64,000 nt of DNA from Thiobacillus sp. (GTDB lineage Bacteria > Pseudomonadota > Gammaproteobacteria > Burkholderiales > Thiobacillaceae): contig DATKUP010000170.1 in assembly GCA_035530575.1 (NCBI GenBank), positions 72,440 through 136,439 on the forward strand, written 5' to 3'. Position 1 is the first letter of the stretch, and every line of letters starts with the position of its first letter. Positions 40,677 through 50,896 of this stretch are shown one piece after another. The notes beneath the pieces are model-generated. The model was not told the origin of the DNA and did not search any database. It was given only the letters and a program-made list of their open reading frames with translations. A program made the translations under genes and the position numbers.

Positions 40677-43295
40677 ATGAAAAGCAGCGCCATCCGCCAG
40701 AGCTTCCTCGACTTCTTCGCCTCCAAGGGCCACACCATCGTGCCATCCAGCCCGCTGGTGCCAGGCAACGACCCCACCCTCTTGTTCACCAACGCCGGCA
40801 TGGTGCAGTTCAAGGACGTGTTCACCGGCCAGGACACGCGGCCCTACACCCGCGCGGTGTCGTCGCAGCGCTGCGTACGCGCCGGCGGCAAACACAACGA
40901 CCTGGAGAACGTCGGCTACACCGCGCGCCACCACACCTTCTTCGAGATGCTGGGTAACTTCAGCTTCGGCGACTACTTCAAGCAAGAGGCGATCAAGTAC
41001 GCCTGGGAATTTCTCACCGCCGTGTTGAAGCTGCCGGCCGAGAAACTCTGGGTCACGGTCTACGCCGAAGACAACGAAGCCTACGACATCTGGCATAACG
41101 ACATCGGCGTGCCGAAAGAGCGCATCGTCCGCATCGGCGACAACAAGGGCGCGCGCTACGCCTCCGACAACTTCTGGGCAATGGGCGACACCGGCCCCTG
41201 CGGCCCCTGCACCGAAATCTTCTACGACCACGGGCCTGAGGTGGCAGGCGGCCCGCCCGGTTCACCCGACGAGGACGGCGACCGCTACATCGAGATCTGG
41301 AACAACGTATTCATGCAGTTCAACCGCGACGAGGCCGGCATCATGCATCCGCTGCCGAAGCCGTCGGTCGACACCGGCATGGGGCTGGAGCGCATTTCGG
41401 CGGTGATGCAGCACGTGCATTCCAACTACGACATCGACCTGTTCCAGGCACTGATCGCCGCCGCCGCGCGCGAGACCCGGACGAATGATCTTGCAAACAA
41501 CTCGCTCAAGGTCATCGCCGACCACATCCGCGCCTGTTCGTTTCTGATTGTCGACGGCATCATTCCCGGCAACGAGGGCCGCGGCTACGTGCTGCGCCGC
41601 ATCATCCGCCGCGCCATCCGCCACGGTTATAAACTGGGCGCGCGCGCGGCCTTTTTCCACCGCATCGTGCCCGATCTGGTGGCGGTGATGGGCAAGGCCT
41701 ACCCGGAACTGGCCAAGGCGCAGGACCGTGTGATGGACATCCTGCGGCAGGAGGAGGAACGCTTCTTCGAGACCATCGAGCACGGCATGGGCATCCTCGA
41801 AGCCGCGCTGAAGACGCTGCCCCCCGGCGGCACCTTCGACGGCGAGCTGGCATTCAAGCTGCACGACACCTATGGCTTCCCGCTCGACCTCACCGCCGAC
41901 ATCTGCCGCGAGGCCAGCATCGGCGTCGATATCGCCGCGTTCGACGCCGCCATGCAGGGGCAAAAGAACCAGGCACGCGCAGCCGGCAAGTTCAAGCTCG
42001 GCGCCGGGCTGGAATATGCCGGCGCGGCAACCACCTTCCACGGCTACGACACGCTGGCGCACGACGCCACGGTGCTTGCGCTGTATCGCGACGGCAGTGC
42101 CGTCAGCGAATTGCGCGAAGGCGAAGTCGGCGTGGTGGTGCTCGATCACACACCGTTCTACGCCGAATCCGGCGGCCAAGCCGGCGACCGCGGCGTGCTG
42201 CAGGGTTCCAGCGGCTGCTTCGAAGTCGAGGACACGCAGAAAATCCAGGCGCAAGTGTTCGGGCACCATGGAATCGTCAAAGCCGGCGCGCTGAAGGTCG
42301 GTGAACCGGTGCTGGCCAAGGTCGACGCGGACACGCGCGCGCGCATTATGCGCAACCACTCGGCCACCCACCTGATGCACAAGGCGCTGCGCGAGGTGCT
42401 GGGCGAGCACGTGCAGCAAAAAGGCTCGCTGGTGGATGCCGACAAGATCCGCTTCGACTTCGTTCAGTCTACCCCGATGACCGACGCACAGATCCGCGAG
42501 GTGGAAGCGCGCGTCAACGCCGAAATCCTCGCCAACACCGCCATCCGGGCGCGCGTGATGGGCATCGAGGACGCGCAGAAGACTGGCGCGATGATGCTGT
42601 TCGGCGAAAAATACGGCGACGAGGTGCGCGTGCTCGATATCGGCAGCTCGCGCGAACTATGCGGCGGCACCCACGTCGCCCGCACCGGCGATATCGGCTT
42701 TTTCACCATCATCGCCGAAGGCGGCGTCGCCGCTGGAATACGCCGGATCGAGGCGGTGACCGGGGACAATGCGCTTGCTTACGTGCAAGGCATGGAATCG
42801 ACACTGGGCGGCGTAGCCGGTACGCTCAAGGTGGTACGCAGCGAAATCCCCAGCCGCGTCAACGCGCTGCTCGAACAGGTGCGCCGCCTCGAACGCGACC
42901 TCGCCGGGGCCAAGAGCAAGCTGGCTTCGACCCAGGGTGACGACCTCGCCAACCAGGCCGTCGACATCGAGGGAATCAAGGTGCTGGCGGCGCAGCTCGA
43001 CGGCATCGACGCCAAGGGCCTGCGCGAGGCGGCCGACAAGCTGCGCGACAAGCTGAAATCCTGCGCGCTGGTGCTGGGCACCGTCGCGGACGGCAAGGTC
43101 AGCCTGATCGCCGCGGTAACGCCCGACGTCACCGGCAGGATCAAAGCCGGCGAACTGGTGAACTTCGTTGCCACCCAGGTCGGCGGCAAAGGCGGCGGCA
43201 AGCCGGACCTGGCGATGGCGGGCGGCAGCGAGCCGGGCCGGCTTCCGGCGGCGCTCGCCTCGGTGCAGGCCTGGGTGCAGGGCAAGCTGGCCTGA
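40677..43295 (+). CDS. alaS: alanine--tRNA ligase
   Basis: Start at [19 protein letters not shown]. Class II AlaRS core, editing-domain HxxxH (HSATHLMH), C-terminal DHHA1-like region. Confidence 0.96.
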   Translation: MKSSAIRQSFLDFFASKGHTIVPSSPLVPGNDPTLLFTNAGMVQFKDVFTGQDTRPYTRAVSSQRCVRAGGKHNDLENVGYTARHHTFFEMLGNFSFGDYFKQEAIKYAWEFLTAVLKLPAEKLWVTVYAEDNEAYDIWHNDIGVPKERIVRIGDNKGARYASDNFWAMGDTGPCGPCTEIFYDHGPEVAGGPPGSPDEDGDRYIEIWNNVFMQFNRDEAGIMHPLPKPSVDTGMGLERISAVMQHVHSNYDIDLFQALIAAAARETRTNDLANNSLKVIADHIRACSFLIVDGIIPGNEGRGYVLRRIIRRAIRHGYKLGARAAFFHRIVPDLVAVMGKAYPELAKAQDRVMDILRQEEERFFETIEHGMGILEAALKTLPPGGTFDGELAFKLHDTYGFPLDLTADICREASIGVDIAAFDAAMQGQKNQARAAGKFKLGAGLEYAGAATTFHGYDTLAHDATVLALYRDGSAVSELREGEVGVVVLDHTPFYAESGGQAGDRGVLQGSSGCFEVEDTQKIQAQVFGHHGIVKAGALKVGEPVLAKVDADTRARIMRNHSATHLMHKALREVLGEHVQQKGSLVDADKIRFDFVQSTPMTDAQIREVEARVNAEILANTAIRARVMGIEDAQKTGAMMLFGEKYGDEVRVLDIGSSRELCGGTHVARTGDIGFFTIIAEGGVAAGIRRIEAVTGDNALAYVQGMESTLGGVAGTLKVVRSEIPSRVNALLEQVRRLERDLAGAKSKLASTQGDDLANQAVDIEGIKVLAAQLDGIDAKGLREAADKLRDKLKSCALVLGTVADGKVSLIAAVTPDVTGRIKAGELVNFVATQVGGKGGGKPDLAMAGGSEPGRLPAALASVQAWVQGKLA

Positions 43296-43300
43296 TGGGC

Positions 43301-43316
43301 GGGTACAGAATTTGCT
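43301..43316 (+). promoter_or_regulatory. candidate sigma54 (-24/-12) promoter GGGTAC-N5-TTGCT
   Basis: GG and GC have the canonical 12-nt register (gGGtac agaat TTGCt), 62 nt upstream of the ATG at 43377. Confidence 0.4.
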
Positions 43317-43376
43317 CAACTAACCGTTAACGTTAAAGTATCTGAGAATCGCATTGTTCCCAAATAGGGCGACATC

Positions 43377-45068
43377 ATGAACTCACTGGCCGATAAATTC
43401 GTCTCGCAACTCACTCGCCTTACGCCTTTCGGCAAACGGGTCGACGATCCGCTGACCAGCATCAAGGCGGCGACGCGCTGGGTTGAAAACCTGCCCATCG
43501 GTGACGCGTTCAAGTGTCAGCAAGTCATATTCCATGCGCTCAAGCGCTTCAACGATAACTCGGCGCAATACACGAAAGATCGTCTGGCCATCTTCATGCT
43601 GCTGGATGAAAAATCGCGCGACCTGCAGGACACGCTGGTGCACCAGTATCTTCGTAATCCACGCATGTCGCGGGTGCAGGAAAGTCGGCTCTGGCATGCC
43701 GTGTACGACCAGTATTGGGAAATTGCGCGCGGCTATCACACCTTCGTGCTGCACCTTACCCACGAAACGAACAGAAACCAGACCGATAAAGTGGTCCCGC
43801 CGATCACCCTGCGCGCCATCCGCACCTTTGGCCAGTTGCTGAAATGGCGGGCGATACGCTATCTACCGGCAGGCGAGAAATTCTGGCTACGACTGCACAA
43901 TCTTTACCGCATCGCCGAAACCGGCGGCTTCCATCGGCAGCCGCAGCGGGCTTACGCCGAAGACGCGTCCGATTGCAGCTGCGAAACGGCGCACCTGCAT
44001 ATTCTGATGCTGAACCTGGCCAATTCCGGCACGCTCTACCCCAAGCAGCTCGACCTGCTCGACCGCTGGCTGCCCAGCTGGCACGGGATGCTCCAGCTGG
44101 ATAGCGATTTCGACCCCGATATCCACAATTTTGTCGTCGATCTGTCGGCCGACCACGGCCCACGCCGGGTGCGCAAACCCGAACCGGACAAACCCCTGCG
44201 TTTCTGGACCACGTCCGCCCTGCAGCAGAAACTGCAGGCAATACAAACCGCCCTGCAGCAAGGCAACACCCCCGCACAACAGGAACTGACGGAAAATGCC
44301 CGCACGACCGAAAGTCTCGAATTGCTTGAGCACCTGCAGTGCCAGTGGTCTTCGCTGGCCACCCGCGAACAGCGGCGCGCCCCGCGCGAATCGATCAAGC
44401 GGCTGGTCGATGTGACGCACGGCCTCAACGCCATCGCCAACCAGATCAAGGCCATCAATACGCCCGCCAGGGTGTCGCCCTACGGCACCGGACTCAATTA
44501 CAACGAGGCCGACGATGTGCATGTGTACGGCTTCATCACCGAGCGCACCCGTGAGCGCGTCTCGCACATGCGTGTTCCGGCCATCGCAGCCTCGCCCGAC
44601 GTCGAGCGCTGGGTGATGCACGATGAAAGCGAATGCGGCTACGGTGCCATTGTCAAATCGCGCGACAAGGACTGGCTGCACGTCGGGGCCCTGGTCGGCA
44701 TCAAGCCGCATGAAGCCAGCACATGGCAAATCGGCGTCGTGCGCCGCCTGTCGCGCGTCAACGACGACACCAGCTCGGTCGGCATCGAAACGCTGGCCGA
44801 AATACCCACGCTGGCCATGCTGCACGCCACCTCCACGTTGGGCCATGCCGTAAACGGACACAATAACGGCAGCGCCAGCCAGCCGCACGCTTGCCTGTGG
44901 CTGGCAAGCAGCAGCGGCGACAGCGTGATTATCGATCCGGTCCATTTCATGCCCGGCCAGATCTTTCAGGTTCACGACATGCCTGAACGTAAGTTCATCG
45001 CCTTGGGCAACCCGATTGAGCGCTCGATAGGCTGGATGCGCGCCACCTCCGAGCCCGTGAGCAGCTGA
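43377..45068 (+). CDS. 563-aa hypothetical protein with C-terminal PilZ-like motif pair
   Basis: RTRER (RxxxR, nt 44544-44558), then 21 residues, then DESECG (DxSxxG, nt 44622-44639), followed by beta-rich sequence. The N-terminal ~380 aa have no motif I recognise. Confidence 0.6.
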   Translation: MNSLADKFVSQLTRLTPFGKRVDDPLTSIKAATRWVENLPIGDAFKCQQVIFHALKRFNDNSAQYTKDRLAIFMLLDEKSRDLQDTLVHQYLRNPRMSRVQESRLWHAVYDQYWEIARGYHTFVLHLTHETNRNQTDKVVPPITLRAIRTFGQLLKWRAIRYLPAGEKFWLRLHNLYRIAETGGFHRQPQRAYAEDASDCSCETAHLHILMLNLANSGTLYPKQLDLLDRWLPSWHGMLQLDSDFDPDIHNFVVDLSADHGPRRVRKPEPDKPLRFWTTSALQQKLQAIQTALQQGNTPAQQELTENARTTESLELLEHLQCQWSSLATREQRRAPRESIKRLVDVTHGLNAIANQIKAINTPARVSPYGTGLNYNEADDVHVYGFITERTRERVSHMRVPAIAASPDVERWVMHDESECGYGAIVKSRDKDWLHVGALVGIKPHEASTWQIGVVRRLSRVNDDTSSVGIETLAEIPTLAMLHATSTLGHAVNGHNNGSASQPHACLWLASSSGDSVIIDPVHFMPGQIFQVHDMPERKFIALGNPIERSIGWMRATSEPVSS

Positions 45069-45242
45069 CCCGCCGCCGCAAACGAAACCGGACTTGCGAC
45101 ATTCCCCTCGTCCAACCGACCCATGCCTGTTTAACTTTCATCAGGTCTCTGGCACAATCGTCGAAAATCCGACACGCGTATAACAATCCCTCCGCATGTA
45201 TGGAGCAAGCGCGGGTTCGGCGCCATTCGACCAGGAGGGTAT

Positions 45243-46673
45243 GTGGTCCAAACCAATAAGCCTAGCTTGCTGATCGTCGACGACGATCCGCTGATTTCCG
45301 ATACGCTCACCTATGTGCTGAGCAAAGACTTCGACATTTCGGCCGCCGAGTCGCGCGCCCAGGTGAAAAGCCTGCTGATGCAGCTGGACGAGCCGCCGCA
45401 ACTGGCCTTGGTGGATCTGGGCCTGCCACCGCAGCCGCACAAGCCCGACGAAGGTTTTGCCCTGATCGCCGATCTGCTGGGCATCTCGCCCAGCATCAAG
45501 ATCCTGGTGCTGTCCGGCCAGAGCGACGAAGCCAACGCGCGGCACGCGCGCGCGCTTGGCGCCATCGATTTCGTCGCCAAGCCGTGCGAGCCCGAACGAC
45601 TGAAGTCCCTGCTGTTCAACGCCCTGCTGGTACAGAATGCCGAGCGCACTGCCGACAAGGCTCCCGCTCCGACCAAGGATTCCGGCATCGTCGGCGACAG
45701 CCCGGCGATAGACAAGCTGCGCCAGCAGATCAAACAATACGCCGCCGCGCCCTTTCCGGTGCTGATCGAGGGCGAATCCGGCAGCGGCAAGGAGCGCGTC
45801 GCCTCCAGCCTGCACCAGTTGTCGCCGCGCGCGGCCAAACCCTATCTGGCGCTCAACTGCGCGGCAATTTCACCGACCCTGGTCGAGCCCACCCTGTTTG
45901 GCTACGCCAAGGGCGCGTTCACCGGCGCCACCAGCGCGCGTGCCGGCTACTTCGAGGAAGCCGAAAACGGCACGCTGTTCCTCGATGAAATCGGCGAACT
46001 GCCGCTGGAACTGCAGGCCAAGCTGCTGCGCGTACTGGAAAACGGCGAGTACCAGCGCGTCGGCGAAACCCAGCCGCGCTTTTCCAATGCCCGCGTGGTG
46101 ACCGCCACCAACCGCGACCTGCGCGCCGAGGTCAAGGCCGGCCACTTCCGCACCGACCTCTACCACCGGCTTTCGGTGTTCTCCATCGCGGTGCCGCCGC
46201 TACGCGAAATGGGCGAGGACAAGCTCACCCTGCTCAACCACTTCCGCGATTTCTACGCCCGCGAAGCCAGGAGCCAGCCGTTCTCGCTCGACGCCCGCGC
46301 GCAGCAGATGTGGGCGGACTACCATTTCCCCGGCAACGTGCGCGAACTGCGCAACATCGCCATCCGCCTGACCACCAAATATCCCGGGATGGCAGTCAAC
46401 GCCCAGCAGCTGGAAGACGAACTCGATACCGACCAGGCCTTCCCGCAGGAAATCCCGCTGGCGAGCGACGGCAAAGCGCTGATCGAACTGGCGCGCAAGC
46501 AGCTGCAGACACTGGCCAACTTCAACCTCGACGTCACCCTGCGCCAGTGGGAAAAATCCTACGTCGAGGCCGCGCTCAACATGACCCACGGCAATCTGTC
46601 GCAGGCGGCCAAGCTGCTGGGCATCAACCGCACCACGCTATACAGCCGCATGCAGACGTACGGCAGCGAATAA
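45243..46673 (+). CDS. sigma54-dependent response regulator (NtrC family; receiver resembles the PrsR subfamily)
   Basis: REC domain (LLIVDDDP..., phospho-acceptor in [12 protein letters not shown]). AAA+ core with [24 protein letters not shown]-terminal Fis-type [24 protein letters not shown]. Confidence 0.9.
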   Translation: MVQTNKPSLLIVDDDPLISDTLTYVLSKDFDISAAESRAQVKSLLMQLDEPPQLALVDLGLPPQPHKPDEGFALIADLLGISPSIKILVLSGQSDEANARHARALGAIDFVAKPCEPERLKSLLFNALLVQNAERTADKAPAPTKDSGIVGDSPAIDKLRQQIKQYAAAPFPVLIEGESGSGKERVASSLHQLSPRAAKPYLALNCAAISPTLVEPTLFGYAKGAFTGATSARAGYFEEAENGTLFLDEIGELPLELQAKLLRVLENGEYQRVGETQPRFSNARVVTATNRDLRAEVKAGHFRTDLYHRLSVFSIAVPPLREMGEDKLTLLNHFRDFYAREARSQPFSLDARAQQMWADYHFPGNVRELRNIAIRLTTKYPGMAVNAQQLEDELDTDQAFPQEIPLASDGKALIELARKQLQTLANFNLDVTLRQWEKSYVEAALNMTHGNLSQAAKLLGINRTTLYSRMQTYGSE

Positions 46674-46679
46674 GCCTCT

Positions 46680-47984
46680 GTGTACCTTGACTATTTCGGC
46701 CTGAAGGAAGCGCCCTTCCGCATCACGCCGAATACCGAGTACTGGTATGCAGGTGGCCAACGCGGGGAAATGCTCGCCGCGCTGCTCTACGCCATCGGTC
46801 AGGGCGAGGGCATCGTCAAGGTAGTGGGCGAAGTCGGCAGCGGCAAGACCATGCTGTGCCGCAAGCTGGTCGCCCAGCTGCCCGACAGCGTCGACAGCGT
46901 CTATCTCGGCAACCCCACCCTGCCACCCGACGATATGCTGGCGGCGATCCTGGCCGACCTGGGGGTCGACACGCCGGAGAGCGGACGACAGGCCCGACTG
47001 GCGCAACTCAATACCACGCTGCTGGCCCGCCACACGGTCGGGCGGCGCGTTGTGGTGTTCGTCGAGGAAGCACAGGGCATCGCGCTCGACAATCTGGAAT
47101 TCCTGCGGCTGCTGACCAATCTGGAAACGGCTACCGACAAGCTGCTGCAGATCGTGCTGTTCGGCCAGCCCGAATTCGATGCGCTGCTGGCCGATCCGCG
47201 TATCCGCCAGCTGAAGGACCGCATTACCCTGAGCCTGAATCTGTCGCCGCTGACCGAATCCGAAGTGGCCGCCTACCTGCGCGCACGGCTGGCAGTGGCG
47301 GGCTATCGCGGCCCCGACCTGTTTGCGCCGGCACTGATCGTGCGCATGACCCGGCTTTCCCGTGGCCTGTCGCGCCGCATCAATGTGCTGGCCGACAAAA
47401 CCCTGCTGGCGGCCTATGCCGGGCAAACCCATACGCTTACTCCGGCCCATCTTGAGGCGGCGGCGGGCGACGCAGAAATGCAGCCGTTCCAACAGCAGCC
47501 CGCCACGCGCCACAGGTTGCGCTGGGCGTGGTTGAGCGCCGGGCTGGCGGCCGCGCTGGGCCTGCTGGCCTTTGTCGCCTGGCAGGCGCCGTCGCCATCC
47601 GCCTCGCTACCCGCGGCCTCCCCGCCCCAGAGCGCTCGACCTTCCGCCGCAGCCACTCCCCCCGACGTCGCCGACCTGGCCCGGCAAACCCGGCGCTGGC
47701 TCGTCACCGCCGCGCCCGACACCCATGTCATCCAGCTCGCCTCGGCTAAAGAAGCGGCGCAGGCAGCCGTATTATTGGGGAGATTGAGCGCCGCCACGCC
47801 GCAGCCGGTTCGAGTACTGCACGGCCTGAGCCGAGGCGCGCCCGCCTGGATGATCCTGGCAGGCGAGTTTCCCGACCGCGAGACGGCGATGACGGTCCTG
47901 CGCACATTGGCCGCCCCGCCCGGGAGCACACCGTTTCTACGCACGGTCGGCAAAATGCGCACCGTAGTCTTGCCAACAGGATGA
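46680..47984 (+). CDS. ExeA/GspA/MshM-like AAA ATPase with TM segment and C-terminal SPOR-like peptidoglycan-binding domain
   Basis: N-terminus MYLDYFGLKEAPFRITPN and Walker A GEVGSGKT are typical ExeA/MshM features. TM WAWLSAGLAAALGLLAFVAW. C-terminal HVIQLASAKEAAQA...WMILAGEF. Confidence 0.8.
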   Translation: MYLDYFGLKEAPFRITPNTEYWYAGGQRGEMLAALLYAIGQGEGIVKVVGEVGSGKTMLCRKLVAQLPDSVDSVYLGNPTLPPDDMLAAILADLGVDTPESGRQARLAQLNTTLLARHTVGRRVVVFVEEAQGIALDNLEFLRLLTNLETATDKLLQIVLFGQPEFDALLADPRIRQLKDRITLSLNLSPLTESEVAAYLRARLAVAGYRGPDLFAPALIVRMTRLSRGLSRRINVLADKTLLAAYAGQTHTLTPAHLEAAAGDAEMQPFQQQPATRHRLRWAWLSAGLAAALGLLAFVAWQAPSPSASLPAASPPQSARPSAAATPPDVADLARQTRRWLVTAAPDTHVIQLASAKEAAQAAVLLGRLSAATPQPVRVLHGLSRGAPAWMILAGEFPDRETAMTVLRTLAAPPGSTPFLRTVGKMRTVVLPTG

Positions 47985-49759
47985 TGAATGCTGTGTTGAA
48001 ACACTCTGTATCGACGGGCCTGATGCTGATTGGTCTCGTACTGTTGGGAGGATGCGTGCCGCCGCAGGCGTTCGACACCTCGCCTGGCCACATCGGCCAG
48101 TCCACCCAGCCCGCGATGCCGATCGCCCCGCCGCCCGCGCCAGTGAAGGCAGCGCCTGCGCTGGCTCCGCCCAGGCCGGGCGTACCGGTGCCGACCTATA
48201 CCGTGGTGGTCAACGACGTGCCGGTGAAAGACCTGCTGTTTTCCATCGCGCGCGACACCCAGTACAACATCGACCTGCATCCGGGGATTTCCGGAAACGT
48301 CTCGCTCAATGCCGTGCAGGAACCGCTTCCCGCCATTCTCGAGCGCATCGCGCGGCAGGCCGATCTGCGCTACGAAATGAACGGCCGCACCGTGTCGATC
48401 ATGCCGGACACGCCCTACCTGAAAACCTACAAAATGAATTACGTGAACCTATCGCGTAATACGGCTTCGAGCATTGGTGTCGCTTCGCAAATCGCCGCTA
48501 CAGGTTCCAGCGATATCGCTCAAACCGGTGGGGATGCCGCATCCACGGGAAACAACTCCAATACCAGCGTCATCACCACCTCGAACAACGACTACTGGGT
48601 TGAACTTAAAGACAATCTTGTGAACATTCTATATGCCACCAAAATCGAGAACAAGAAATCCGAAGAACGTATAGAGCGTGCCGCCTTGGCCGATTACGCC
48701 TACCTGCGGGATCTTTATCAGAAAAATGACAAAGCCGAGATCGCCGACCGCTGGAAGGATACGCAGAGAGTTCGCGCTGCCATTCCGCAAAGTGCCATGC
48801 CACAACTGGGCGATAGCGAGCGCGAGGTCATTGTGAATGTCGTCGCGGGCACAGTTTCGGTTTTTGCAACTGAACGCCAGCACCGGCTCGTACGCGAATA
48901 TCTCGACACGGTTTCCAACGCATCACAACGCCAGGTGCTGATCGAGGCCACCATCGTCGAGGTCAGCCTGAAGGACCAATACCGTGCCGGCATCGACTGG
49001 TCGAAAGCCCTGCAAAACACCACCGGCTGGGCCATCAACACCCTCGGCGGCGGCACCAATGCACTGGCCGGCTCGCTGACGCCTTTTATCCAGGCCACCT
49101 ACACGAATACGGGCAGTAACGGCTTCACCGCGGCGATCGACCTGCTGGAGTCCTATGGCAACACCAAAGTGCTTTCCAGCCCCAAACTGATGGCCTTGAA
49201 CAACCAGACCGCGATGCTGAAAGTGGTCAACAATCTGGTGTATTTCTCAGTCGAAGTCACCCCCGCCAGCTACTCAGGCGGATTTCTAACGTCGCCAGCC
49301 GTATACACGACCACAGCGCGCGCTGTCCCGGTCGGCATCGTGATGTCGGTGCTGCCGCAGATCAGTGAAAACGGCATGGTCTCGCTCACCGTGCGCCCCA
49401 CCATCTCGCGCAAGGTGGGCGATGTGTCCGACCCCAATCCTGAATTAAAGGATGTCGCCAATCTCGTCCCCGTCATTCAGGTGCGCGAAATGGAATCGCT
49501 GCTGCAAGTCCGTAGCGGCCAGACGGTAATGCTCGGCGGACTGATCCAGGACGACAGCAACAACGCGCGCGATGGGCTGCCGGGCCTGTCGCGCCCGGAA
49601 GGCATCGGCGCCGTATTCGGCCAGCACGAGCGCATCAACAGCCAGACCGAGCTGGTGATTTTCCTGCGCCCCATCGTGGTGTCCAACCCCACGCTGGAAA
49701 GCGATGAACTGCGCCAGTTCCAGCGCCTGCTTCCCGGCGCTGCTCGGAGCACGCCTTGA
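47981..49759 (+). CDS. lipoprotein secretin (GspD/PilQ superfamily, MshL-like)
   Basis: Lipobox LLGGC, secretin N-domains, C-terminal secretin core ...GLPGLSRPEGIGAVFG...ELVIFLRPIVV. Confidence 0.85.
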   Translation: MMNAVLKHSVSTGLMLIGLVLLGGCVPPQAFDTSPGHIGQSTQPAMPIAPPPAPVKAAPALAPPRPGVPVPTYTVVVNDVPVKDLLFSIARDTQYNIDLHPGISGNVSLNAVQEPLPAILERIARQADLRYEMNGRTVSIMPDTPYLKTYKMNYVNLSRNTASSIGVASQIAATGSSDIAQTGGDAASTGNNSNTSVITTSNNDYWVELKDNLVNILYATKIENKKSEERIERAALADYAYLRDLYQKNDKAEIADRWKDTQRVRAAIPQSAMPQLGDSEREVIVNVVAGTVSVFATERQHRLVREYLDTVSNASQRQVLIEATIVEVSLKDQYRAGIDWSKALQNTTGWAINTLGGGTNALAGSLTPFIQATYTNTGSNGFTAAIDLLESYGNTKVLSSPKLMALNNQTAMLKVVNNLVYFSVEVTPASYSGGFLTSPAVYTTTARAVPVGIVMSVLPQISENGMVSLTVRPTISRKVGDVSDPNPELKDVANLVPVIQVREMESLLQVRSGQTVMLGGLIQDDSNNARDGLPGLSRPEGIGAVFGQHERINSQTELVIFLRPIVVSNPTLESDELRQFQRLLPGAARSTP

Positions 49760-50886
49760 GCCTGCTGCTCAAAGCGCTGAAACTGGCCGAAGCTGCCAAT
49801 GCGGACAAGTCCGGACCCGGCAATCGCGATGAGGACGACCTCGAACTAGAACCCGTGGGCGCGCCCGGCACGGCCCAGGTGCGCGAATGGGTCGGGCCGC
49901 CGGACTTGCTGCTCGGCAGCAGCGGGGCCACACCCGAGCCACGTCGCACACCGACTTTCCGCTGGCAACAACCCTCGCTGGTGCCGCTCGCCGCCCTGCT
50001 GGCCGTGCTGGTCGCACTGGGCTACGGGATTTATCTTTACCTTGCCCTGCAGCCTCCGGCTGCTGTCGCGCGCCCTTCCGCGCCTGAAACCGCCGCAGCG
50101 TCCGTTGCGCCACCCGTCACCCCAGTCTATCGCGCTGCCGAGCCCGCTCCAGCGATCCAGATCCCGACCGTCGCCGAACCCGCGCCTGCGCCCGCTTCAC
50201 CCGCGTTGTCGCAACCCGCTTCCGCGGCCGGGACGTCCGCCGAGGTCGCGCCTGCACCCAGCGCCCCTCGCACAGCCGAACCCGTGCGCCCCCCCGCCGC
50301 CGCGCTGCCGCTGTTCCAGCCCGATGTGCAAACCGCCCTGCTCGACCAGGCTTACGCCGCCTATCGGCGCGGCGCCCTGACCGAGGCACAGCGGCTCTAC
50401 ACCCAGGCTGTCGCCCGCGGGCGCAGTGTGGATGCGCTGCTGGGACTGGCAGCGATCGCCAGCATGCAAGATCGCGAGGCCGACGCGCAGCGCCTGTATC
50501 GCGACGTGCTCGATCTCGACCCGCGCAATGCCGCCGCCCAGGGCGTCCTGCTCGACCTGCTCGGCAACACCGACAGCCAGGCAGCCGAAAGCCGCCTGAA
50601 AACGCTGATCGAACGCGACCCCAGCCCACAGCTTTACCAGACACTCGGCAACCTCTACGCCGAGCAGATGCGCTGGAACGATGCCCAGGCCGCCTACTTC
50701 GAAGCCTGGCGCGGCGTACCGGATAACGGCGATTACGCCTTCAACCTGGCGGTCAGCCTCGACCAGTTGCGCCAGTATCCGGCGGCGCTGACGTATTACG
50801 AAAAAGCGCTCGCCAGCGACGGCGTGCACCGCTTCGACCGCGCCCAGGCCGAAGCGCGCGTGCAGCAGCTGAAGTCAGTTCGGTAA
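49756..50886 (+). CDS. bitopic TPR protein (MshN-like)
   Basis: TTG start, N-terminus MSLLLKALKLAE, one TM, Pro/Ala linker, C-terminal TPR repeats. Confidence 0.65.
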   Translation: MSLLLKALKLAEAANADKSGPGNRDEDDLELEPVGAPGTAQVREWVGPPDLLLGSSGATPEPRRTPTFRWQQPSLVPLAALLAVLVALGYGIYLYLALQPPAAVARPSAPETAAASVAPPVTPVYRAAEPAPAIQIPTVAEPAPAPASPALSQPASAAGTSAEVAPAPSAPRTAEPVRPPAAALPLFQPDVQTALLDQAYAAYRRGALTEAQRLYTQAVARGRSVDALLGLAAIASMQDREADAQRLYRDVLDLDPRNAAAQGVLLDLLGNTDSQAAESRLKTLIERDPSPQLYQTLGNLYAEQMRWNDAQAAYFEAWRGVPDNGDYAFNLAVSLDQLRQYPAALTYYEKALASDGVHRFDRAQAEARVQQLKSVR

Positions 50887-50896
50887 GAGCAGTCGT

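Noticed and set aside
45150-45165. CTGGCACAATCGTCGA upstream of the response-regulator gene, a perfect -24 TGGCAC box.
   Set aside because: The -12 position reads TCGA, with no GC dinucleotide, so it is not a credible sigma54 promoter on sequence alone.
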